Shown here piece by piece: positions 29,450 through 38,820 of a stretch of DNA of 64,000 nt. The notes beneath the pieces were generated by a model. It was not told the origin of the DNA, did not search any database, and worked only from the letters and a program-made list of their open reading frames with translations. The first letter of the stretch is position 1. The number at the start of each line of letters is the position of its first letter. Both the position numbers and the translations under genes were made by a program. The DNA comes from Polaromonas sp. (lineage in GTDB: Bacteria; Pseudomonadota; Gammaproteobacteria; Burkholderiales; Burkholderiaceae_C): NCBI RefSeq assembly GCF_018780625.1, contig NZ_JADMJK010000054.1, positions 13,437 to 77,436 on the forward strand. Direction: 5' to 3'.

Positions 29450-30418
29450 TCATGCGGCCGTGCGCAGGGGCGCAGAGGCGGTAAATCCGGTGCGGGCGGC
29501 TTCCAGTTCGCGCGACGGGGCCACCAGCAGCGCGGCAATGGCCGCACCCTTGATGTCGTCAAACACCTCGAACGGCGGTTTGCCCAGCGCACGGGCGCTG
29601 CGCCAGCGCAGGGGCGCACCCGCCAGGCGGACCGCATGCCAAAAGCCGCGCCAGCACAGGCTGGTGGTGCCGCGACGGCTCGGGCTGACGCCCATCAACA
29701 CCGTGACGACCGGCGACTCATCAACATCGAGCAAGTCCACCTGGACCGCGCCGCCCGCCAGCGCCAGGGTGGTGCGAACGATCAGCGGGTAATCGACCAC
29801 GAAATTCGACGGCAGCATTTGCTTTTTCCAGACCGCGCCCCGGTCGAGCACCAGGCTGCCGCCTTCGCGGCGCGAATCTCCCAGGAAGAAGTCGGTCATG
29901 CGAACACCATCGAAAGCCAGCAGGCAGTCCGGGCCGTCGAGCATCGCGGCCAGGTATTCACCATGCGCCATGTTGACCGTCGCGGCGCCCGTGAACTCCC
30001 TGCCCTGCGGCTGGTAGCCGGCGCTGGGCAGGCCTTGGGTTGGACGGCCAAGTCCAGACCCGCCCAGGCCGACATGCACGAAGCCATTCACTTCGGCAAC
30101 CGGGTAGGCGCGCGCGCCATAGCGCGGCGGGACGCGCTCGGTGTCGCGCAAATTGGGAATGGTGGTGCAGGCCCCGGTGCCGCCGTCGAAAGTCCAGCCG
30201 TGGTAGCCGCATTGCAGCCCGCCCGGCTTGACGGTGCCCAGCGACAGCGGCACGCGCCGGTGCGGGCAGCGGTCTTCCAGGGCGAAGGCCTCGCCCGCTG
30301 TGTTGCGGAACAGCGCCAGCGCCTCTCCGTTGCAGACCACGGCAAGCGGCTTTTTGTCGTTCACCGACTCGGAAAGCGCGCAAGCCCACCAGTTCGGGGA
30401 TGAGGTCAGATGATTCAT
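29450..30418 (-). CDS. Rieske [2Fe-2S] subunit lacking mononuclear-Fe histidines
   Basis: CPHR...CGYHGW intact; the catalytic motif has degenerated to AAMLDGPDCLLAF. Confidence 0.85.
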   Translation of the reverse strand: MNHLTSSPNWWACALSESVNDKKPLAVVCNGEALALFRNTAGEAFALEDRCPHRRVPLSLGTVKPGGLQCGYHGWTFDGGTGACTTIPNLRDTERVPPRYGARAYPVAEVNGFVHVGLGGSGLGRPTQGLPSAGYQPQGREFTGAATVNMAHGEYLAAMLDGPDCLLAFDGVRMTDFFLGDSRREGGSLVLDRGAVWKKQMLPSNFVVDYPLIVRTTLALAGGAVQVDLLDVDESPVVTVLMGVSPSRRGTTSLCWRGFWHAVRLAGAPLRWRSARALGKPPFEVFDDIKGAAIAALLVAPSRELEAARTGFTASAPLRTAA

Positions 30419-30430
30419 GGCGAAACCCTG

Positions 30431-31450
30431 TCAGGCAGCAATGGTTTCGTTCAGCTTCAGCAGTTTGATGGCGTTACCGCTGCGGACCTTTTCGCGGTCG
30501 GTATCCGACAGACCGATGCCGGCGGTCAGGTCGCCGTGGTCGTAGGCACCGCCGAAGTTGGTGCCGTAGAGCAGGTTGTCTACGCCCACGACTTCGGCCA
30601 CGCCGCGCCGCAGGGCGGGATGATGCACATCCAGGTCGAAGTAGAAATTGGGCATGTAATCCATCAGCGGGCGCTGGTTGCGCGAATCGGGCCCCATGAC
30701 CCGGTTCAGGTCGTGCAGACGGCCAAGCTGGAACACAGCCATGCCGCCCGCATGCGTGATGTAGGTCTTCAGGTGCGGAAAGGCGTCGAGCACGCCGCCG
30801 TTGATCAGGTACCAGAAAAACAGCGTTTCATCGACGCAGTCGCCGACGATCGAGCTGGTCTCGAACTTGTCGGTGTGATGGTTCTCGCCCAGCCAGATGG
30901 ACTGGTTGTAGCCATGCACCATGACGGGAACGCCCAGGCGTTGCATGACCTCCCATACCGGAAACAGCTCCTCGCTGTGCGCCTCCAGGCCGTTGAAGTT
31001 GGCGCCGCCGACGCACACACCCTTGGCGCCAAGCTGGATCACGGCGCGTTCTATTTCTCGCGCAGCACCTGCCGGGTTGGCCAGGTTGGCATGCGCCCAA
31101 AAATCGAAATGCTCGGGATCCTGGGCGCAAAAACCGGACATCTCATCGTTACAGATGGCTGCGTACTCGTCGCCGAATTCACCGGCCCAGTACATGAAAG
31201 CGTGCGAAGGGGCGGACACCACGAGCTTGTCCACGCCGCGCTCGGCCATCAGCTTGCGCCGGGCTTGGTGCGTCATGCGGGCCAGGAGGTTGGCCTCGGC
31301 CTCGTCGTCGTCTTTCGCCTTTGTGGGCTGGGTGGTGCCGAGTGAAAAATGGCCCACGGTTAGCCCCTGGGTCTTCATGAACGGCCCCCAGAACTCGTGG
31401 CGCTTGAACATGCCTTTGGTTAAAAGGTGAGCGTGAACGTCGATCAACAT
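30431..31450 (-). CDS. Amidohydrolase_2 family protein (paralog of 9174-10268)
   Basis: IDVHAH, VHGYNQS, FWYLINGGV, THAGG, QLGRL, YGTNFGG shared with the first copy. Confidence 0.9.
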   Translation of the reverse strand: MLIDVHAHLLTKGMFKRHEFWGPFMKTQGLTVGHFSLGTTQPTKAKDDDEAEANLLARMTHQARRKLMAERGVDKLVVSAPSHAFMYWAGEFGDEYAAICNDEMSGFCAQDPEHFDFWAHANLANPAGAAREIERAVIQLGAKGVCVGGANFNGLEAHSEELFPVWEVMQRLGVPVMVHGYNQSIWLGENHHTDKFETSSIVGDCVDETLFFWYLINGGVLDAFPHLKTYITHAGGMAVFQLGRLHDLNRVMGPDSRNQRPLMDYMPNFYFDLDVHHPALRRGVAEVVGVDNLLYGTNFGGAYDHGDLTAGIGLSDTDREKVRSGNAIKLLKLNETIAA

Positions 31451-31514
31451 GGGTTATCTCCTCATGGGTGGGTGAATAAATCTTCTTGCGTCGGGCAGGC
31501 ACGCCGGACTGGTT

Positions 31515-32285
31515 TCAGGGAATCATCAGTCCGCCATCGACCGCCAGGGTCTGGCCAGTGATGAAATGGGCAGCGTCGCTGACCAGGAACAGCAGCACCG
31601 GCGCCATGTCGTGGTCGGGGTCGCCCAGCCGGCCACCCAGAGGAATCAGGCCGGCCATCATGTCGTCATGCGCCTTGAGCTGCACACCGTCCAGACGCTC
31701 GCGAAACTTCTCGTACATGGGCGTCCACATCGCCGGCGCGACGGCATTCACCGTGATGCCATACTTTCCCCATTCCTTGGCCGCCGTTCGGGTCCATCCC
31801 AGCACCGCCGCCTTGGAGGCCGAGTAGTGGGCCAGACCCGGCACGCCCATCACGCCAGCCGCCGAGGCAAAATTGATGATCTGGCCGCCGCGCTCGCGCA
31901 GGTGGGTGAAAGCCGCCTGGTTGGTGTTGAGCGTGCCGCGCGCGTTGACATCAAACATCAAATCCCAGTCTTCCTGCGAGATCGATTCGGCCGGCGACTT
32001 GCGCTCGACGCCTGCAATGTTGACCAGCACGTCCAGCCCGCCGAGCTGGCGCACGGCGGCGCCGAACGCCGCTTCGACCTCTTGCCGCTGGCTTACGTCG
32101 CAGCGCAGGTAATGCGCCTGGCCGGGACCGGCCTCTGACGCCGTGGCGGCAATGCTGTGGCCCGCCTCGTCGTTCAGGTCCATGCCGACCACTTTGGCGC
32201 CGGCGGCGGTCAGCGCCTTCAGCGCACTGGCACCAATGCCGCTGGACGAGCCGGTGACGATCACGCGTTTGTTCAAAACATTCAT
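31515..32285 (-). CDS. Short-chain dehydrogenase/reductase
   Basis: TGSSSGIG, YSASK, TGQTLAVDGG. Confidence 0.92.
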   Translation of the reverse strand: MNVLNKRVIVTGSSSGIGASALKALTAAGAKVVGMDLNDEAGHSIAATASEAGPGQAHYLRCDVSQRQEVEAAFGAAVRQLGGLDVLVNIAGVERKSPAESISQEDWDLMFDVNARGTLNTNQAAFTHLRERGGQIINFASAAGVMGVPGLAHYSASKAAVLGWTRTAAKEWGKYGITVNAVAPAMWTPMYEKFRERLDGVQLKAHDDMMAGLIPLGGRLGDPDHDMAPVLLFLVSDAAHFITGQTLAVDGGLMIP

Positions 32286-32327
32286 TGTTATTTCCTTGAA
32301 AATTGAGGTGGATGGCCACGCTTGCCC

Positions 32328-33383
32328 TCAGGCGAGCTGGGCCATCAGTTCTTGCGCCTGATTGAACAGACGGATCGCCGACGCATGGTGCTGGCGGCCG
32401 AGCGCCTCCGGCGACTTTCCGGCACAGGACCTAGCATGGCTGCCTTCAAGCAGAATGCCCAGCTTGAAGCGCGCCAGGACCACGTACCAGTCGAAAGCTG
32501 ACAGGTCGCGCGGGCTGCGCTCGCGGTAGTACGTCACCAGTTCGGCAGCGGTCGCAAAGCCCTGCCAGGGCGTGACATGAATGGTGCCGGCGCCCTGCCC
32601 GCTGGCGTCCGGCCAGGTGGCCACCAGCCAGCCCAGGTCGAGCAGCGGGTCGCCCGTTGTGGCCAATTCCCAGTCAATCACGGCTGCGACTTCAGCCGAA
32701 TCAGGACTGAACATCACGTTGGCCAGATGAAAGTCGCCGTGCAGGATGCCGGTGCGGGAGGGTTCCGGACGATGCGCCTGAAGCCATTGCGCGACCTCGG
32801 CCACGCCGGGCAACGACGCTGGCCCCGGCCAGCCGACATGCACCTGGTAGCTCTCCAGCTGGCTGGACCAGCGCGCCACCTGGCGCGCCAGGAATCCTTG
32901 CGGCTTGCCGAAGTCGCCCAGACCCACAGCCTGCGGATCGATCTCGCCCAGCCGCAGCAGCGCATCGACCATCGAAAACCCCATGCGGAGCTGGATGTCA
33001 GCATTGCCCGCATGCAGCGCCGGCAGCGCGCTGGCCGAGGCGTTGAAGCCCTCGACCGGCGCCATCAGGTAGAACGGCGCGCCCAGCACCTGCTCGTTCA
33101 GGCAGGCGGCGAACAGGGTCGGGTGCGGCACCGCCGTTCCCGCCAGTGCGGCCAGCACCCGTGCCTCACGGGCAATGGTGGCGCAAACTTCCGGCCGGGC
33201 ATGCAGCGGTGAACGGCGCAGCACGAATTCGCGTGTACCGCGCCTGAAACGCAGCAGGATGTTCTGCGTGCCGCCGGTGAGTTGCACCGCCTCTAGAATC
33301 GGACCACACTCCAGTTGCTGCGTGTCCATCCACTGCGCCAGCCGCAGCACATCGACGGCTTCCTCCCAGCCTGGCGTTGTCAT
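32328..33383 (-). CDS. APH-like phosphotransferase (ACAD10/11 kinase / LvaA-like)
   Basis: GGTQN, REARVL, HGDFHLANV, IDWELATTGDP. Confidence 0.88.
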   Translation of the reverse strand: MTTPGWEEAVDVLRLAQWMDTQQLECGPILEAVQLTGGTQNILLRFRRGTREFVLRRSPLHARPEVCATIAREARVLAALAGTAVPHPTLFAACLNEQVLGAPFYLMAPVEGFNASASALPALHAGNADIQLRMGFSMVDALLRLGEIDPQAVGLGDFGKPQGFLARQVARWSSQLESYQVHVGWPGPASLPGVAEVAQWLQAHRPEPSRTGILHGDFHLANVMFSPDSAEVAAVIDWELATTGDPLLDLGWLVATWPDASGQGAGTIHVTPWQGFATAAELVTYYRERSPRDLSAFDWYVVLARFKLGILLEGSHARSCAGKSPEALGRQHHASAIRLFNQAQELMAQLA

Positions 33384-34675
33384 GACGCAGTCTCGCTGGT
33401 CAACGCGTCGAGCGCGGCCTGGAACTTTTCCCGCGCCGCCGCAGCCGCCGTGGGGCGGTGGTAGGCCGGAAACAACTCATCGCAGGGCCGGTATTCGCGC
33501 AGCATTTGTTTGGCCACGGTGATCTTGTGGACTTCGGTGGGACCATCGGCCAGGCCCATCTGGAAGGCGCGGGAGATCATGCCGGCAAAAGGCATTTCCG
33601 ACGAGACGCCAATCGAGCCATGCAAATGCAGGGCGCGGGCGGCAATGTCGTGCAGCACCCTGGGCATCGCGGCCTTCACCGCGGCGATGTCCTTGCGCAC
33701 CTTCTGGTAGTCCTGGTACTGGTCGATGCGCCAGGCGGTGCGCATCACCAGCAGGCGGAACTGCTCCAGTTCCAGCCACGAGTCGGCAATCTTTTCCTGC
33801 ACCATCTGCTTGTCGGACAGCCGGCTGCCCTGGGTATGGCGCGACAGCGAACGCTCGCACAAGGCATCAAGCGCCTTCTGGGCCAGCCCGATGGTGCGCA
33901 TCGCATGATGCACCCTGCCCCCGCCGAGGCGCACCTGCGCCACCGCAAAGGCCTCGCCGGGCGCGCCCAGCATGTGGTCGGCCGGAACGCGCACCTGGTC
34001 GAATTCCAGGTAGGCATGGGTGGCCGTTTCGTCGGCCATGCCGACGTTGCGCAAAATACTCAAGCCCGGCGCGCCGGCGGGCACGATGAACATCGACATG
34101 CCTTTGTAAACCGATACCGCCGGGTCGGTCACGGCCATCACGATGAAGAAATTCGCGTAGCGCGCGTTCGAGGCAAACCATTTCTGGCCGCTGATGAGCC
34201 AGTCGCCGCCGTCAGGCACGGCGCGGGTCGTCAGCACCTGCGGGTCGGCGCCGCCCTGCGGCTCGGTCATGGCAAAGCACGAGACGATGTCGCCCGCGAG
34301 CAGGGGGAGCAGGTAGCGCTCTTTTTGCTCCGGCGTGCCGTAATGGGCAAGGATTTCAGCATTGCCGGAATCGGGAGCCTGACAGCCAAAGACAATAGGG
34401 GCGAACAGCGCGCGGCCCAGAATCTCGTTCATCAGCGCCAGCTTGACCTGTCCGTAGCCCGGCCCGCCCAGTTCCGGCCCCAGGTGGCAGGCCCACAGCT
34501 TGCGCGCCTTGACCTGCTGCTGCAGGGGCCGCACCAGGGTTTTGAATAACGGGGCATGAATGTCCCAGGGGCTGCCCAGCACATGCTCTAACGGCTCGAC
34601 CTCTTCGCGGACGAACTGGTCAATCCAGTCGAGTTCAAGCTGAAAGACGGGATCGGTTTCAAAGTTCCAGGACAT
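33380..34675 (-). CDS. Acyl-CoA dehydrogenase (ACAD10/11 / LvaC-like)
   Basis: CQAPDSGNAEIL, AMTEP, RLGGGRVHHAMR, ADGPTEVH; 4-bp overlap with the kinase start. Confidence 0.92.
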   Translation of the reverse strand: MSWNFETDPVFQLELDWIDQFVREEVEPLEHVLGSPWDIHAPLFKTLVRPLQQQVKARKLWACHLGPELGGPGYGQVKLALMNEILGRALFAPIVFGCQAPDSGNAEILAHYGTPEQKERYLLPLLAGDIVSCFAMTEPQGGADPQVLTTRAVPDGGDWLISGQKWFASNARYANFFIVMAVTDPAVSVYKGMSMFIVPAGAPGLSILRNVGMADETATHAYLEFDQVRVPADHMLGAPGEAFAVAQVRLGGGRVHHAMRTIGLAQKALDALCERSLSRHTQGSRLSDKQMVQEKIADSWLELEQFRLLVMRTAWRIDQYQDYQKVRKDIAAVKAAMPRVLHDIAARALHLHGSIGVSSEMPFAGMISRAFQMGLADGPTEVHKITVAKQMLREYRPCDELFPAYHRPTAAAAAREKFQAALDALTSETAS

Positions 34676-34698
34676 GGTTGTTTTTCCTTGGTAGCGCG

Positions 34699-35436
34699 TC
34701 AGGCCAGCAACATGCCGCCGTCCACCAGCAGGGTCTGGCCCAGCATGTAAGACGACAGCGGCGATGCCAAAAACAGCGCCACGCCCGCCATGTCTTCGGG
34801 CGTGCCGAGGCGCCCGAGCGGAATATTGCGCAGCGCGCCTTCCAGGCGCTTCGGGTTGGCGGTGGTGATGCGGGTCAGCTTGGTATCGACCAGCCCCGGC
34901 GCAATGCCGTTGACGCGAATGCCGTCCCGCGCCCAGGCTTCGCCCAGCGTGCGCGTGAGGCCGAAGGCACCGGTCTTGGACGCGTTGTAGGCCGGGTTGC
35001 CGCGTGTCGAATGAAAAGCCGCCGCCGAACTGACGATGATCATGCTGCCTTTGGCTGCCTTCAGCGCATCAAAACACTTGTCGGCGCAGGCCATCAGGCT
35101 GGTCAGGTTGACGTCGAGCACCTTCTTGAAACCGGCGGTCTTGAACTCCTGAAGGTCGTAGAGCACCGTTCCCTGTGCCTGCACCAGCACGTCGAGGCGG
35201 TCAAACGGCAGTGCGCAGTTTTCGATATTTGCAGCGTCCGACACGTCCACCTGCGCATAGTGCAGGCCTTCCAGATGGGAGTCGGGCGAGTCGGCATAGT
35301 CGGCGGCGCTTGGGCGTGTGCCCCAGACGTACACCGTGGCGTCGCGGGCCTTGAAGGCACGGGCGATGCCGTTGCCAATGCCGCTTGAGCCGCCCACCAC
35401 CAGTACCGTCTTGCCTGAAAAATCCAGCTCGTTCAT
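34699..35436 (-). CDS. Short-chain dehydrogenase/reductase
   Basis: GGSSGIG, YNASK, GQTLLVDGG. Confidence 0.92.
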   Translation of the reverse strand: MNELDFSGKTVLVVGGSSGIGNGIARAFKARDATVYVWGTRPSAADYADSPDSHLEGLHYAQVDVSDAANIENCALPFDRLDVLVQAQGTVLYDLQEFKTAGFKKVLDVNLTSLMACADKCFDALKAAKGSMIIVSSAAAFHSTRGNPAYNASKTGAFGLTRTLGEAWARDGIRVNGIAPGLVDTKLTRITTANPKRLEGALRNIPLGRLGTPEDMAGVALFLASPLSSYMLGQTLLVDGGMLLA

Positions 35437-35465
35437 CGCTTGTCTCCGTTATTTAGTACGTTGTT

Positions 35466-37739
35466 TCAAAGGCGCGTCAGGCCCTGGACCTGCAGCGCCT
35501 CGATGTCTTGCGCGGTAAAACCCAGCATCTCCAGCACCTCGCGGCTGTGTTCGCCCAGCACGGGCGGCGGCCGGTTGATGGCCAATGGCAGGTCGTTGAA
35601 ATCCCACAGCGCCCCGATCTGCTGCAGCGCGCCATACTGCGCATGCGGGTAATGCGCATGCAGGCCGCTGGCGGCATGCTCGGCGCTGGCCAGAAAGGCC
35701 GCGGCTTGCGCCTCCAGCACGGGCTCGCAGGGAACGCCGGCGGCTTGGAGACAGGCCAGCGCCGCAGCGCGGACCATGGCGCCCAGACAGGTAACAGGGT
35801 CGTCGCCTGTCAGCCGGTTGAAGGACTCGACCTCTGGCGCCGTCAGCGCGGCCACGGCAATCCAGCCGTCGCTGCAACTGTAGATTCGATGGGTGGCCGA
35901 CACACCGGTCTGCCCGGCATCGAGATGCTCAATCGGCGTCAGCCGTCCGTCGGGCTGGACGACGGCTTCGCTGGCGGTCATCAGCATGGCCCCGAGCAGG
36001 GACGAGGACACCGCCTGGCCCTGGCCGGTGCGCGCGCGCTGGTACAAGGCCAACAGCAAGGCAAACACCGACGACAGCCCGGCCAGGAAATCGCCCACGC
36101 CAAAGCGCAGCCACATCGGTGGATTGCCTTCGCCGCCGCACTCGACTTCCCAGCCGCAGGAGGCCTGCATCAGCTGGTCAAAACCGGGCCAGTCGGCGCG
36201 TGGCCCGGTGGGGCCGTAGGAGCTGACATGGGCGCAGACGAGTTCGGGCTTGAGGGCGCGCAGCTGCTCGGGCGCAATGCCCAGCTTTCGTGCAGCCGGC
36301 AGGCGGACGTTGTGATGGACCACATCGGCCCAGCTCACCAGTGCCTCCAGCACCGGCTGGCTGCCGGGCACACCGAGCTTGAGCGCCAGGCCGCGCTTGC
36401 CGCGCTGGGTTCCTGCAAATATCTTTTCCAGGCGGCGCATGGCATCGCCCGCCGGCGGCTCGACCTTGATGACCTCGGCGCCCAGGTCGGCCAGCACCAT
36501 GCAGGCGAACGGGCCGGCCAGGTAGGCGCCCAGGTCGAGCACCTTCAAGCCGTGCAGCGGTGGCAGGGCCGGTGCGGCGGCGTCAGGTGGTACAAGCCGT
36601 GGCGCTGCGCTGGCGGGCACATCCGTCCAGGCGGCTGCGTTCTCAGCCGACAGCGCAGGCACCGGCTGGCGTACCCGCGCCGGCGGGTCCACGCTGTAGC
36701 CCGGACCCGGCTGCCAGGTGCGCCCCAGCACCGGGTCTTCGACCTGGATTGCATAGCTATTGAGCCGCGCCTGCGCATCGCTGTAGATCTCGCCAAAGGG
36801 CGCTGCGATCTGCGCCGAGACATCGTGGGCCCAGAAATGCGCCACCCAGTCCTGCGCCGAGCGGGTGGCGATGATCTGCCTGTTGGCGCCGAAGTTGGGC
36901 GCCACATGGCTGGGCGGCCACAGGGCGTTGGCCCGCGCCACCGACTGCTCGCCCATTTCCGCCAGCGCCTGCGCCATCCAGGGCGCGGCGTCGGGCGAGT
37001 AATGGACATGAATCCAGCGTCCGTCCGCGCATTGGTGCAGGGGAATCGGCGTGTTCTTGTCCAGCCCCTTGGCGAAAGCCGGGCTGGGGCGCTCGGCGCG
37101 CGACCAGTGCATCGTCATCGTGGCCAGCGCCGCCTGCGCCAGGCTGGTGTTGGCAATGCCGCCGCGCCCGTCCCGGTCGCGGGCCAGCAGGCGCGCCATC
37201 ACGCCAATCGCGCTGAGCCAGCTCGCCATCCAGCTGGCAAACGGCATGCGGATAAAAATCGGCCCCGGTCGATGGCCCGGCTGTTCGTCGAGAAGTCCCA
37301 GCCGCGCCAGCACCAGGGTTTCGCGCAGCGGCGAATCCGACCAGGCATGCCCGCGCGGCCAGGCGCCAATCGAGGCGATCACCAGGGACGGGTATTGCCT
37401 GGCCAGCGTCAGTTCACCCAGCGACCAGGCCTCAGCCTCTGCCGGCGTCAGGTCATGCACCAGCACGTCGGCCGTTGCCAGCAGCGATTTGAGCGTTTCG
37501 GATTCGCCGCCTTCCTGCAGTCCGGCATCGACCCGCCGCTTGCCGCGATCGAGCACCCGGAACAGCACCGCATCGTCATCCGCTCTCAAAGACGGTCGCA
37601 CGATTTTCAGCACCTCGGCGCCGGCTTCGGCCAGGTAGAGCGCCGTCGCGCAGCCGGCAAGACCGGCGGCCAGGTCGATGACCCGCAAGCCGCTGAGAAT
37701 GCCTTTGGGCCGATCTTCTGGATGGACTTGCGTGGACAT
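35466..37739 (-). CDS. Two-domain family III (CaiB/BaiF) CoA transferase
   Basis: Two repeats of LxGLxV(I/L)DL...LAG...LAxxGAEV(L/I)K...RGKR; C-terminal PPPVLGEH. Confidence 0.9.
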   Translation of the reverse strand: MSTQVHPEDRPKGILSGLRVIDLAAGLAGCATALYLAEAGAEVLKIVRPSLRADDDAVLFRVLDRGKRRVDAGLQEGGESETLKSLLATADVLVHDLTPAEAEAWSLGELTLARQYPSLVIASIGAWPRGHAWSDSPLRETLVLARLGLLDEQPGHRPGPIFIRMPFASWMASWLSAIGVMARLLARDRDGRGGIANTSLAQAALATMTMHWSRAERPSPAFAKGLDKNTPIPLHQCADGRWIHVHYSPDAAPWMAQALAEMGEQSVARANALWPPSHVAPNFGANRQIIATRSAQDWVAHFWAHDVSAQIAAPFGEIYSDAQARLNSYAIQVEDPVLGRTWQPGPGYSVDPPARVRQPVPALSAENAAAWTDVPASAAPRLVPPDAAAPALPPLHGLKVLDLGAYLAGPFACMVLADLGAEVIKVEPPAGDAMRRLEKIFAGTQRGKRGLALKLGVPGSQPVLEALVSWADVVHHNVRLPAARKLGIAPEQLRALKPELVCAHVSSYGPTGPRADWPGFDQLMQASCGWEVECGGEGNPPMWLRFGVGDFLAGLSSVFALLLALYQRARTGQGQAVSSSLLGAMLMTASEAVVQPDGRLTPIEHLDAGQTGVSATHRIYSCSDGWIAVAALTAPEVESFNRLTGDDPVTCLGAMVRAAALACLQAAGVPCEPVLEAQAAAFLASAEHAASGLHAHYPHAQYGALQQIGALWDFNDLPLAINRPPPVLGEHSREVLEMLGFTAQDIEALQVQGLTRL

Positions 37740-37756
37740 GGTGGTTCAGCCCGGCG

Positions 37757-38710
37757 TCAGAAGTTGTGCTGGATGCCGACGTCGAAGCCACCCTTGCTGC
37801 TGAGCGCCCGCTGGTCGCGCGCCAGGTTCAGGTAGGCGAACGTGCGCTTGGACAGGTGGTGGTTGTAGCCAATGGCGAACTTGTCCATGAGCTTTGCATC
37901 GGTGCTGGTGTTCTTCAGGCTGCCGTAGGCGATCTTGAAGCGCCCGCTCGCCGTGGGCATGAAGGCGCCGACGATCCAGCTGCGCCGCTTCGTTGCGTCA
38001 TTGGCGTGGCCGCTGCCATAACCGGCCGACAGCGTGACCGGGCCGACGGGGGCCTGCACGGTGGCGAATTGCCATTCGTCGTTGATGCCGCCTGGATTCT
38101 CGTAGCTGTAGGCCGCGTAGAGCGAACCATGGCGGTACGAGGCGGCCAGACTCAACGGGTGTTCCCGCGTCACTGCCGCCGGTAGCGTGGCGCTGTTGGG
38201 CTCCACCGCATTGGCACGCTGCGCGGAAACGCTGAAATTCGGATTCTTGTACTGGTAAGTGAAGCCCCCATCGTTGCGCACGGTGCCAATGCCGCCGGTG
38301 CCGGTCAGCACCATGGACGACACGCCGGTGTGGATGAAGGGGTCGGGAACGATCTGCGCCTCGATATAGCCGGCGACATAATCCCGGCCGATAGTGACGC
38401 TTCCCCAGTTGCCCTTGAGGCCGAGTATCGACTGGCCCTGGAAGAAACGCGCGCCGTTCTGCTGGCCCGTGTCAGATTTGAATCGGTTTTCCAGCCAGAA
38501 GAAGGCACTCAGGCCGCCGCCCAGGTCTTCCGTTCCGCGAATCCCGAAGCGGCTCTGCGCACCCTCATCCAGTATTTTGTTGGGGGAACCGATCTTCTTG
38601 ACGTAGGCGGAATCGATTTTCCCGAACACGGTGACCGATGACTGCGCGGCGGCCATTGCGGCAACGCCACTCATCAAGGCCGCCGCCACCAGCTGTTTGC
38701 GATGCAACAT
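37757..38710 (-). CDS. Trimeric outer-membrane porin (Burkholderiales type)
   Basis: Signal peptide, QSSVTVFGKID, SRFGIRGTEDLGGG, LSKRT, terminal GIQHNF. Confidence 0.92.
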   Translation of the reverse strand: MLHRKQLVAAALMSGVAAMAAAQSSVTVFGKIDSAYVKKIGSPNKILDEGAQSRFGIRGTEDLGGGLSAFFWLENRFKSDTGQQNGARFFQGQSILGLKGNWGSVTIGRDYVAGYIEAQIVPDPFIHTGVSSMVLTGTGGIGTVRNDGGFTYQYKNPNFSVSAQRANAVEPNSATLPAAVTREHPLSLAASYRHGSLYAAYSYENPGGINDEWQFATVQAPVGPVTLSAGYGSGHANDATKRRSWIVGAFMPTASGRFKIAYGSLKNTSTDAKLMDKFAIGYNHHLSKRTFAYLNLARDQRALSSKGGFDVGIQHNF

Positions 38711-38820
38711 GACTATTTTTCTTTCTTGTGAAACGGTGTGCCGGACGGGCGCCGGCAAGCGAGCGGGAACCGCAACCCTGCAGCACCCGCAGGGAAGAGG
38801 CAGGACTGGCTGAAAGCGCT

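Noticed and set aside
28369-30418. The two Rieske-like genes read as one frameshifted pseudogene
   Set aside because: Each ORF carries both an N-terminal Rieske-scaffold region and a C-terminal domain and has its own start. They are paralogs, not two halves of one gene.
32328-33383. Aminoglycoside resistance gene
   Set aside because: It has the APH fold, but its motifs and coupling to an ACAD10/11-type dehydrogenase indicate a metabolic kinase.
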